This document shows positions 28,252 through 37,308 of a DNA stretch of 64,000 nt, piece after piece (the first letter of the stretch is position 1; each line of letters begins with the position of its first letter). The stretch covers positions 128,856-192,855 of the forward strand of contig JACPJN010000006.1 of NCBI GenBank assembly GCA_016187515.1. Direction: 5' to 3'. This DNA is from Candidatus Uhrbacteria bacterium. GTDB lineage: Bacteria; Patescibacteriota; Patescibacteriia; GWA2-47-26. Under the pieces are notes generated by a model. It made no database searches. It was not told the DNA's origin and saw only the letters and a program-made list of their open reading frames with translations. A program made the translations under genes and the position numbers.

Positions 28252-29787
28252 CTACGGCGGCGTATACCGTCCGCCGGTGTTGAGCGGTCCATCTTCATCA
28301 CTCCCTCCCCAGACCACCATTGCACTGCCAGTCCAAACCGCGGTGTGCAAGTAACGCGCCGCAGGCGCGCCAACAGTGGAGACCGGACTCCAGGAGTCGG
28401 TTTCCGGATCATACCGGCTGCCAGTGTTGAGTAGGCCATCTTCACCCCATCCATCCCGTCCTCCCCAGACCACCATTGCACTACCTGTCCAAACCGCGGT
28501 GTGCAAGTAACGCGCCGCAGGCGCGCCAACAGTGGAAGTCCGACTCCAGGAGTCGGTTTCCGAATCATACCGGCTGCCAGTGTTGAGACGGCTATCTTGA
28601 CCCGCTCCTCCCCAGACCACCATTGCACTACCGGTCCAAACCGCGGTGTGATAGTCACGCGCCGCAGGCGCGCCAAAGGTGGCAATCGTACACCAAAATT
28701 CGTGGCAATCCGAATCATCTTGATCAATGAATCCATCTACGTCGTTGTCTACGCCATCACAGCAACCACATTCAATGAGTACTCCTGCAACGCAAGCAAT
28801 TGCAGCAGACCCGCATGTTATGGTGAATCCTTCATCCACTCCGCCATCACAGTCGTTGTCCAGCTCGTCGCAGACTTCAACCGGAGCCGAACCGCAGACA
28901 CCGCAGGCATTGAGGAGTCCTTCATCTGTTGCGCCGTCGCAGTCGTTGTCAACCCCATCGCAGGTCTCGGGGCTTGACGGGAAAGGGACAGACGAGCAGG
29001 CGGTGCTCATGAAATCGGCGGTGCAAACATAGACGCCGGTGTTTTGGCAAGCGCCCACTCCTACTGTGCAAGGGGTAAGCAGGCCGGGGAATCCTTCGTC
29101 GGTCTGTCCATCGCAGTCATCGTCGGTGTAGTTGCAGACCTCGTCGGCATCGGGATTAATGACCGAGGCCGGCACACCTTCTGGCGTCTCCCCAGAGTCC
29201 AGGCAATCGCCTTCAGCAACCGTGTAGCCGTCGGAGTCGTTGTCAGCGAACGCGGGGCTCCAGGGCTGGGGAGGGCACGTGGCCCAGAGGGGGTTGGCGC
29301 CGCATCCCCCTGCGTAGTCCGGCGGATCGCCGTAGGGATTTACCCGCACTCCATCCGGATCGCGGACTTCGAAATGAAGGTGGGGGCCACGAGAAAACCC
29401 TGAAGTGTCTGACAGTGCAATCTGCTGACCGGGCGTAACGTCGCTATCCTCCTCCACCCGAATCGAGTCAGGAGCAAGGTGCGCGTAGATCGTAAGGTAG
29501 CCATTGGAATGCCTGATGCGAACATGGTTCCCAAAACCGCCCCGACGTCTAAATCCTGCAGGATGAGAATTATCTACCCTCGTGACGCTTCCTGCCGCGG
29601 CAGCAAACACAGGAGTGCCGCCCGCTGCTCGGTAATCGATCGCATTATGGCAAACGTTTGGGATCGGGTAGTTGGGACAGCAGAAATCACACGTAATAAC
29701 GCGTGTTTCTGCTAATGGCAGATACAGAAACTGTTCTGCTCTTGCCACACTTGCGGTAGCAAGTATTGCCATTATGTGCCTAATCAT
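28252..29787 (-). CDS. Secreted M23 peptidase + MopE-like repeats + three Kelch-like blades (paralog of 19880-22768)
   Basis: HNAID, YAHL, GPHLHFEV; three near-identical HTAVWTGSAMVVWGG repeats. Confidence 0.88.
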   Translation of the reverse strand: MIRHIMAILATASVARAEQFLYLPLAETRVITCDFCCPNYPIPNVCHNAIDYRAAGGTPVFAAAAGSVTRVDNSHPAGFRRRGGFGNHVRIRHSNGYLTIYAHLAPDSIRVEEDSDVTPGQQIALSDTSGFSRGPHLHFEVRDPDGVRVNPYGDPPDYAGGCGANPLWATCPPQPWSPAFADNDSDGYTVAEGDCLDSGETPEGVPASVINPDADEVCNYTDDDCDGQTDEGFPGLLTPCTVGVGACQNTGVYVCTADFMSTACSSVPFPSSPETCDGVDNDCDGATDEGLLNACGVCGSAPVEVCDELDNDCDGGVDEGFTITCGSAAIACVAGVLIECGCCDGVDNDVDGFIDQDDSDCHEFWCTIATFGAPAARDYHTAVWTGSAMVVWGGAGQDSRLNTGSRYDSETDSWSRTSTVGAPAARYLHTAVWTGSAMVVWGGRDGWGEDGLLNTGSRYDPETDSWSPVSTVGAPAARYLHTAVWTGSAMVVWGGSDEDGPLNTGGRYTPP

Positions 29788-30500
29788 TATGGCACCTCCG
29801 ATTGGAATGAGGATACGACAGTTTCAAGCGAGACCAATTCAGGGTCGCCAGTTATGGCATACACCCTCCCATTCATCTCCAATAGATACGATTCGAACTC
29901 TCTATCTACGAGCTCCTCGAGATATCGAATCTTTACAAACTGCCGCTCTCTAATTTCAACCGTAGTCTGTGACTCAAGATTCTGCGTAAGCAGAATCTCC
30001 TCTTCCAGCGTTCCACCTTCTCGAACATCAAGAGTGAGAGGGTACACTGGATCCGTATTGGAAAGCAGTGCAATCGGCTCAGAACTAAACACCACCACCA
30101 GAAGATTCGCATCACGAGTTTCTTCTGTCGACAATTCTTGTGAGTGCCACCCCGCCGGATACGCCAACTGCGCAATTCCCCAGGCCGGATTGCGGTACAC
30201 TTGCCATCCTTCCGGAATCACACTGCCGGAATCCGGCGCGCTGGCGTCCGCACGTTCCTCTTTCACATCTTCAGCTTCCTTCTCGGCTTCTGCTCCGGCA
30301 TCGGTCGATTCGTGAGCCGGGGTCTGGGTCAGCACTTTTTCCTTGCAGCCCAGCCCCAAAAGCGCAAACGCGACAAACACGGTCATTAACTTGTCAATGA
30401 ACCCGCCTCTCCCACCGACGTTCATGCCTCCGTCCCGACCGTGGTCGGGACTCGGATCAAAGTTAATTGCCTCTCTACGCATTATTCCACACTTTGACAA
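29787..30500 (-). CDS. Lipoprotein paralog of 22768-23466
   Basis: About 310-bp near-identical 5' block, divergent C-domain, TAATG coupling. Confidence 0.7.
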   Translation of the reverse strand: MSKCGIMRREAINFDPSPDHGRDGGMNVGGRGGFIDKLMTVFVAFALLGLGCKEKVLTQTPAHESTDAGAEAEKEAEDVKEERADASAPDSGSVIPEGWQVYRNPAWGIAQLAYPAGWHSQELSTEETRDANLLVVVFSSEPIALLSNTDPVYPLTLDVREGGTLEEEILLTQNLESQTTVEIRERQFVKIRYLEELVDREFESYLLEMNGRVYAITGDPELVSLETVVSSFQSEVP

Positions 30501-30596
30501 AACAAAAAAGGCCTGTGTGTTTTCAAGACACGCAGGCCAGAGCGTACCGCCGCGAAAAGGCGGGAATCGCCTCTTCGTGGCGGGTTTGCAAAAGAG

Positions 30597-33500
30597 CTAC
30601 GGCGGCGTATACCGTCCGCCGGTGTCGAGGTAGTTATCCCCGTCGTATCCACCCCAGACAATCATCTCGGAGCCAGTCCAGACGGCGGTAGGCAGACGAC
30701 GGGCCGTTGGCGCACCTGTCAAGGCCATATCTGCCCACGTATCACTGCTGGGATCATAACGTGCGCCATCATCAAAGTGATTCGCGAAAGCACCTTCACC
30801 GTCAGTCCCGCCCCACACGATCATCTCGGAACCGGTCCACACCGCAGTGTGCAAGTAGCGCGCCGAAGGAGCACCTGAACTTGAAATCCCGAGCCAAAGC
30901 TCTGTGCCAGGGAAATACAGTGCACCATTGGAGAATTCGGTTGTCCCAGAGCGGCCACCCCAGATAATTATACACTGCTGACTGCCGGAAGCAGAATCGC
31001 AGTCATCTGCCACTATCATCGTGTGGTACTCTCGAGCAGAAGGGTCTCCGATAGTTGGCATCGCAGTCCATGTATTGTTCACAGGATCGTAAATGCCGCC
31101 ATCTCCCCTTGGGCCGCTGCAAGACCGGCCTCCCCACACAATCATCGTGGATCCTGTCCACACTGCCGGGTGAGCGCGTCTTAGGGAGGGTGTCCCAGTT
31201 GTCGAAGTCGCTGCCCACGAATTATCGCTTACCCTGTAACGGCCGCCTGTGTTTGTAAGCGAACAACTTCCACTGGTATCTCCGCCCCAAACTATAAGCT
31301 CAGATCCTGTCCATACTCCAGAATGGTTGAGGCGCGCTGAAGGAGCGCCTACGGTACTCGTAGCGCTCCAAGTATTTGCGGAGGGATCATATCTTCCGCC
31401 TGTATTGTACTCTGACGACAAGTGAAATCCACCCCATACGATCAGCTCGATTCCGGTCCAAACCCCAATGTGACTCTGACGGCTTGCTGGTGCACCACTC
31501 GTTGTTGTGGCAAACCAAGCATCAGCTTCAGGGAAATATCGGCCACCTGTTCCAGTTCCAGTGAGGTAAGCTATTTCACCACCCCAAATAACCATGCATT
31601 CCTGAAGTCCGGCAGTTGCTGTGTCACAATCCACACCAGATGTCCACACCGCGGCAGGATTTGTGCGCGGCGATGGAGCGCCTGTTGTTGTCACCGGCAG
31701 CCAGTACCCCACTGCGCAGCAAGCACTTCCGCATCGCTCGTACCCTAGATCGCAGGTAATCACGCATGTGCCGCTAGTGCAACGCACAGTGCCATTTACC
31801 GGTGCAACACATGCTCTTCCGCATGCACCGCAATGATCCAAATTAGAGTTGATATTCACCTCGCAGCTATCTACTGCGCTATCATCGCAATCTCGCAAAC
31901 TGCCTGAACATGCAGTGCAGATGCCAGACAAGCAGTAGGAAGTGAAGTTTGTGCACACAGCGCAGGTACTCCCGCATGCCTCGTTGTTTGCAGAAACCGA
32001 GGTTTCACAGCCATCCTCTGCCACTCTATTGCAGTTGGCATATCCAGCAAGGCAAGTAAATCCGCAGGTTGCCGCGCTGCACGTAGCGGCTGCGTTTGCC
32101 CGCGAAGGACAGGCAGTATCAATAAAGGTATAACCGCATATCCCATCGGCGCAGGTACCTGGGCTGTCGTACGAACGCACTGCCGGGCCTGAAACACATT
32201 CATCCGCAGGCGGATTGTCGCAGACAATCGGCGTACCATTGCAAACCCCGCCGCCACACTCATCTCCATCGGTGCACGCCTCTGCGTCGTCACAAGAATC
32301 AGCATTGTCCGTAAACACGCAGTCCGTTGCCGCGTCGCAAGAGTCGTCGGTGCAGATATTCGTGTCGTCGCACACAATCGGTGTTCCTGCGCATGTTCCG
32401 CCGCCGCACACATCCCCTGCGGTGCACGCATCCACGTCATCACAGGGATCAGTGTTGTCCGTAAACACACAGCCGGTCGCGGGGTTACACGAGTTGTCAG
32501 TGCAGATGTTGCCGTCGTTGCAGGTGATTGCAACTCCTGCGCATGTTCCGCCGCCGCACACATCCCCTGCGGTGCACGCATTTCCGTCATTGCAAACCAC
32601 CGTATTGGGCTCGTTCACGCACCCGGCCGCGCTGTCGCAGGAGTCGTCGGTGCAGGGACTACTGTCGTTGCACGCCGCATCAGATGGCGTAAACACACAG
32701 CCGGACGCGGAATCGCAGGTATCCACGGTGCAGACAACGGAGTCATTGCAGACCACGGCCGTAAACACGCACGCGCCGCTATCGCACGCATCACTGGTGC
32801 AAGCGTCTTCGTCGTTGCAGACCGTGTCCGTGGCCGTGTAGGAACACACGCCGCCGGAACACGTGCCAACCGCCGCAAAAGTACGGCGCGTCAGCCCATC
32901 CGCGCACTCGGCCGAAGGCGGGCTCACGCAGACCATTGGCGTGCCACTGCAGGCGCCGCCAGAACAGATATCTGACACGGTGCACGGATCCGCGTCATCG
33001 CAGGAGGCGGTGTTATTGGCAAACACACAGCCCGTTGCCGCGTCGCACGAGTCGTCGGTGCAGGGACTACTGTCGTTGCATTCCCCGTCTTCCGGCGTAA
33101 ACACGCAACCGGACGCGGGAGCACAGGAATCCGCGGTGCAGGCAACGGAGTCATTGCAGATCACGGCCGTAAACACGCACGCGCCGCTATCGCACGCATC
33201 ACTGGTGCAGGCGTTGCTGTCGTTGCAGACCGTGTCGGTGGCCGTGTAGGAGCACACGCCGCCGGAACACGTGCCGACCGCGGCATAGGTGCGCCGAGTT
33301 ACTACGTCTGCGCATTCGCTAGCCGGCGGCGCTTCACACGCAACCAGCGTCCCATTACAGGTACCATCCGCGCACACATCTGACAGCGTGCACGGATTTC
33401 CGTCGTTGCAGACGACAGTATTGGGATCGTTCACGCACCCGGTCGCGCTGTCGCACGAGTCGTCCGTGCAAGGACTACCGTCCTCGCACGCCGCATTATT

Positions 33501-34745
33501 CGGCGTAAACACACAGCCGGACGCGGAATCGCAGGTATCCACGGTGCAGGCGATCGCGTCAGCGCAGGAGACCGGCGTGTAAACGCACGCGCCGCCCCTG
33601 CACGCGTCAGCTGTACAGGCGTCCGCGTCATTGCAGGAAGTGTCCGTAGACACGTAGGAGCACACGCCACCCGCGCACGCTCCAGAGGCGGCATAGGTGC
33701 GGCGGGTAAGGCCGTCTCCCAAACACTCGGCTGAAGGCGGAGTTTCGCAAACCATTGGCTCTGCCGCACAAACCTCGCCGTCGCAATGATCAGCCACGGT
33801 ACAGGGATTTTCATCATCACAGATCGTGTCCAAGGCGCTGCAAACCTCCCAGGCGCACGCCGCGCAGTTCTGAATTCCGATTGTGCCGCACGCTGGTACG
33901 CACGGCTGAAGCGCTGCGCCTTCGCAGTCCTCGCCCGAATCGCGCACGCCGTCCCCGCAGGAAGGCAAAACGCACGCGCTACGGCAGGCGTTGGGAAGCA
34001 CGTTGGAATTGTCCGCTCCATTATCACACTGCTCGCCGGAGTCCGTAACTTCATCTCCGCAACGGAAAACGGTGCAATCGGTCCGGCAGGCGTCCGGCGC
34101 GGTGTCGGAATTTTCCGCGCCCTCGTCGCACTCCTCGCCGGAATCCGCCACCTCATCACCGCAGGAAGGTTCCCCACAGTTTGTTCTGCACGCATCCGGC
34201 GCGGTGTCAGAGTTTTCCGCGCCTTCATCGCACTGCTCGGCGCTGTCGGAAACTCCATCACCGCAGATCGCGGCACTGCAGTCAACGCGGCAGGCGTCCG
34301 CTTCGGTGTCGGAGTTATCCGCACCATTGTCGCATACCTCTGCCTCATCAACCACGCCATCGCCGCAGTACGCTGCGAGGCAGTCAGAACGGCAAGCATC
34401 AGGCGCGATATCCGAGTTAAACGAACCGTCGTCGCACTCCTCGCCGCTATCGGTAATCGCGTCGCCGCAGAAAGGCCGACGACAATCCGTCCGGCACACG
34501 TCCGGATCATCAGCGTTGGCTGCTCCGTTATCGCACTCCTCGCCCGGATCGCGCCGCCCGTTGCCGCAGGAAGGAACGTAGGCGTCGGGCGAAATGCCCG
34601 CATCCGGCGGGGCCATCCCCATATCCGGCAGGAGTTGAGGCGCGATTGCCATGTCCGGCTCCGGCGTTGCCGCCGGATTGCTTCCGCAGGACAACAAACA
34701 CATCAGACCCGTAAGCGTCAACACGTTTCGCTTGTCAAAGTGCAT
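30597..34745 (-). CDS. Giant Cys-rich surface lipoprotein (CGDG..GE.CD repeats, C.D...CT.D.C repeats, Kelch-like propeller)
   Basis: Lipobox LLSC; AGGAGG SD; repeat domains; ends TGGRYTPP. Confidence 0.85.
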   Translation of the reverse strand: MHFDKRNVLTLTGLMCLLSCGSNPAATPEPDMAIAPQLLPDMGMAPPDAGISPDAYVPSCGNGRRDPGEECDNGAANADDPDVCRTDCRRPFCGDAITDSGEECDDGSFNSDIAPDACRSDCLAAYCGDGVVDEAEVCDNGADNSDTEADACRVDCSAAICGDGVSDSAEQCDEGAENSDTAPDACRTNCGEPSCGDEVADSGEECDEGAENSDTAPDACRTDCTVFRCGDEVTDSGEQCDNGADNSNVLPNACRSACVLPSCGDGVRDSGEDCEGAALQPCVPACGTIGIQNCAACAWEVCSALDTICDDENPCTVADHCDGEVCAAEPMVCETPPSAECLGDGLTRRTYAASGACAGGVCSYVSTDTSCNDADACTADACRGGACVYTPVSCADAIACTVDTCDSASGCVFTPNNAACEDGSPCTDDSCDSATGCVNDPNTVVCNDGNPCTLSDVCADGTCNGTLVACEAPPASECADVVTRRTYAAVGTCSGGVCSYTATDTVCNDSNACTSDACDSGACVFTAVICNDSVACTADSCAPASGCVFTPEDGECNDSSPCTDDSCDAATGCVFANNTASCDDADPCTVSDICSGGACSGTPMVCVSPPSAECADGLTRRTFAAVGTCSGGVCSYTATDTVCNDEDACTSDACDSGACVFTAVVCNDSVVCTVDTCDSASGCVFTPSDAACNDSSPCTDDSCDSAAGCVNEPNTVVCNDGNACTAGDVCGGGTCAGVAITCNDGNICTDNSCNPATGCVFTDNTDPCDDVDACTAGDVCGGGTCAGTPIVCDDTNICTDDSCDAATDCVFTDNADSCDDAEACTDGDECGGGVCNGTPIVCDNPPADECVSGPAVRSYDSPGTCADGICGYTFIDTACPSRANAAATCSAATCGFTCLAGYANCNRVAEDGCETSVSANNEACGSTCAVCTNFTSYCLSGICTACSGSLRDCDDSAVDSCEVNINSNLDHCGACGRACVAPVNGTVRCTSGTCVITCDLGYERCGSACCAVGYWLPVTTTGAPSPRTNPAAVWTSGVDCDTATAGLQECMVIWGGEIAYLTGTGTGGRYFPEADAWFATTTSGAPASRQSHIGVWTGIELIVWGGFHLSSEYNTGGRYDPSANTWSATSTVGAPSARLNHSGVWTGSELIVWGGDTSGSCSLTNTGGRYRVSDNSWAATSTTGTPSLRRAHPAVWTGSTMIVWGGRSCSGPRGDGGIYDPVNNTWTAMPTIGDPSAREYHTMIVADDCDSASGSQQCIIIWGGRSGTTEFSNGALYFPGTELWLGISSSGAPSARYLHTAVWTGSEMIVWGGTDGEGAFANHFDDGARYDPSSDTWADMALTGAPTARRLPTAVWTGSEMIVWGGYDGDNYLDTGGRYTPP

Positions 34746-34760
34746 TTTGTTTCCTCCTAC

Positions 34761-35942
34761 CTAGAGCATACTCCACGCGCGAAAAGTGTCAAGCATTTTC
34801 TGCGCTGATTTTTGCCAAGAAAATTCCTGCGCGCGGACGTAGCCGGCTTCAATGTAATGCCGCCGCACCTCATTGTCTTCCAAAAGCACCCGCATCCCCG
34901 CGGCAATTTCATCCGTTTTCCACGGACTGACCAGCACCGCGCCGTTGCCGCAAATCTCGGGCACGGAGGAGGCGGAGGAGGCCACGACCGGCACGCCCGC
35001 GGCCATGGCTTCGAGCGGCGGAAAACCAAATCCTTCATAAAATGAAGGATAAACAAAAAGACGCGCTCCGGCGTACAGGTCTATTTTTTGTTCCTCGGTT
35101 GGATTCTCGATTAAACGGATGCGCTCGCGCAATTTGCTTTGGGCAATACGTTTTTTTAAGCGCTTTGTATAAGGAGTGGCCAAACCGGCGATCCACAATT
35201 GCTCCCGCGGTTTCAGTGCCTCGTATGCGGCAATCAACCCTTCAATATTTTTCCGCGGCTCCAGCGCGCCGAAATATAATATGAAGTCATCAGTCATCGG
35301 TTCACAGTTCACGGTTTTAGTTTTAATGTGAACTGTTGACTGTGAACTATTGACTCCACCTCCGGGATAGATCACGCTGATCTTCTTCGGCGGTATTCCA
35401 TACGTCTCCATCAAATCGTCCTTGGTATGCCTCGACACCGCGATAATATGATCGGCGCGTTTCAAAAGCGCGCGCGGACCGATGGCGCGATGCCAAAGCC
35501 GGCTTTTCAGCGAAAAATGTTCAGGGAAATGTATAAACGATAGGTCGTGAATAGTTAGAATGAGCTTGGTGCGCGATGGAAGCGCGATGAAATTCAGGTT
35601 GGGCATGAAAAAAATATCTAGACCCCCTCTAACTCCCCCTCGGAGAGGGGGAGAAACGATACGATTTCCTCCCCTGCCCGAGGGGAGGTTAGGAGGGGTG
35701 GGAGCACCAAACACCTTCATCCCTACATTCAACGCCTTATTCGGCCATCTTGTGTGATACACGCGCGCATTTGGATATTCGGAAAACTCCGGCACGGATA
35801 ATTTTCCTGCCGCGTTGTACCACACCACATACTCATTGACGCGATCCAACTCAAAAAGCGCGCGCAGAAGATGATAAGTATACTGCCCCACACCGCTTCT
35901 GGGCGTACTCTGCAGCGCGCGGCCGTCAATTGCTATTCTCAT
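34761..35942 (-). CDS. Glycosyltransferase family 4 with two repeat-derived inserts
   Basis: EPRKN, YEGFGFPPLEAMAAG. Confidence 0.93.
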   Translation of the reverse strand: MRIAIDGRALQSTPRSGVGQYTYHLLRALFELDRVNEYVVWYNAAGKLSVPEFSEYPNARVYHTRWPNKALNVGMKVFGAPTPPNLPSGRGGNRIVSPPLRGGVRGGLDIFFMPNLNFIALPSRTKLILTIHDLSFIHFPEHFSLKSRLWHRAIGPRALLKRADHIIAVSRHTKDDLMETYGIPPKKISVIYPGGGVNSSQSTVHIKTKTVNCEPMTDDFILYFGALEPRKNIEGLIAAYEALKPREQLWIAGLATPYTKRLKKRIAQSKLRERIRLIENPTEEQKIDLYAGARLFVYPSFYEGFGFPPLEAMAAGVPVVASSASSVPEICGNGAVLVSPWKTDEIAAGMRVLLEDNEVRRHYIEAGYVRAQEFSWQKSAQKMLDTFRAWSML

Positions 35943-35956
35943 AGCTACAGGATAAG

Positions 35957-37078
35957 TTATAAGAGCTTCGCTCTTGTATGTCCGCCTTGAAACTCCCCGT
36001 AGGCGCGCTCCACGTATCCTTGCATCCGCGTTTTAAATTCCGGCAAATCAAACTGCCGCGCCCAGGCGCGAATTTCCTCCGGCTGATATTCTTCCGGCTT
36101 AAAATTAGTAACCGCGTCAAGGAGCGTCTCCCATTTCTGTTCATAAAAAAACTTACCGGTTTTACCCTCCCGCACGGTCTCCAGCGCCCCGCCGCGCCCA
36201 TAGGCCACCACTGGCCGGCCCGACGCCATGGCTTCGAGCGGCAGCAATCCGAGGTCCTCGAGTTGCGGATGTAAAAACGCCACGCACTCGGAGAGCAGTT
36301 GGGACTTTTCTTTATCGGAAACGTGTCCTAAGAATTTGATATTTTTCTTGGCCATTTTTCTCAAGGGCTGCTCATACGGCCCGCGTCCAAAAATTAAAAG
36401 CGGCCAGCCCAGGCGATTAAATGCTTCAATCGTCAAATCAAAACGCTTATAAGCCACCAGCCGCCCGCCGGCCAGAAAATAATTTCCGACCTTGCGGCTG
36501 ACATAAAATTGCGAACAATCCACCGGCGGATAGATTACCTCGGCCTCGCGATCATAGTATTTTTTAATCCGCTTGGCCACGGTCTGCGAATTAGCCAGAA
36601 AGCGATCCACGCGCAAGGCGCTCGTGCGATCCCACATGCGCAGAGAAGTGAGTAGAAAAGGAAGGGCAAATTTAATGGCGCGGTTCGTGCGCAAGTCCTT
36701 AATATAACTATGGGTCTCGGTCCAAAGATACCGGGTGGGCGTGTGACAGTAGGAAATATGCAAGGCGTCCGGACGAGTAACGACGCCCTTGGCAAAAGCC
36801 GAAGAAGAGGAAAGTACCGCGTCAAATTCTCCCAGATCATGGTGCTCGGTAGCGGCCGGCATGAGCGGAAGCGTCCACCGATAGTAACGCAGCACCCCGG
36901 GCAGTCCTTGGAGCACCGAGGTATGCATATCCCGCTCTTTAAATTCTCTGCCCCAGCGCTTTTTATCGTAAAAAAGCACAAAGATCGGAGCGTTCGGCCA
37001 AATTTGCGAAAACGCCCGCAGTACCCGTTCGGCTCCCCCGTCTTGGATCAAATAATCGTGCACTAAAGCGAGTTTCAT
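35957..37078 (-). CDS. Glycosyltransferase family 4
   Basis: HDYLIQDGGAERV, YCHTPTRYLW, EDLGLLPLEAMASG. Confidence 0.93.
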   Translation of the reverse strand: MKLALVHDYLIQDGGAERVLRAFSQIWPNAPIFVLFYDKKRWGREFKERDMHTSVLQGLPGVLRYYRWTLPLMPAATEHHDLGEFDAVLSSSSAFAKGVVTRPDALHISYCHTPTRYLWTETHSYIKDLRTNRAIKFALPFLLTSLRMWDRTSALRVDRFLANSQTVAKRIKKYYDREAEVIYPPVDCSQFYVSRKVGNYFLAGGRLVAYKRFDLTIEAFNRLGWPLLIFGRGPYEQPLRKMAKKNIKFLGHVSDKEKSQLLSECVAFLHPQLEDLGLLPLEAMASGRPVVAYGRGGALETVREGKTGKFFYEQKWETLLDAVTNFKPEEYQPEEIRAWARQFDLPEFKTRMQGYVERAYGEFQGGHTRAKLL

Positions 37079-37090
37079 ATCACAATCAAT

Positions 37091-37203
37091 TCCCCCCTCT
37101 TAAGTTAAGAGGGGGTAGGGGGAGTTATGCCTGTCCGTCTTAGACGAAAGCATACATCATGTTTCATAACCCCTCCCCGCCTCCCCTTATCTTAAGGGGA
37201 GGA
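37091..37203. repeat. Inverted pair of CCCCT/AGGGG hairpin elements (REPIN-like)
   Basis: CCCCCTCTTAAGTTAAGAGGGGG...GTTATG and CATAAC...CCCCTTATCTTAAGGGG; related to 12769-12836, 9694-9730, 58139-58177. Confidence 0.75.
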
Positions 37204-37308
37204 GATTGTTTTACGTTACGTTACATTAACACGATCCACCCAGAAAAACAACCCACAACTCATCCCCTGGACAATAAAAACTCCATGTACTACTATACCC
37301 AATGTAGT

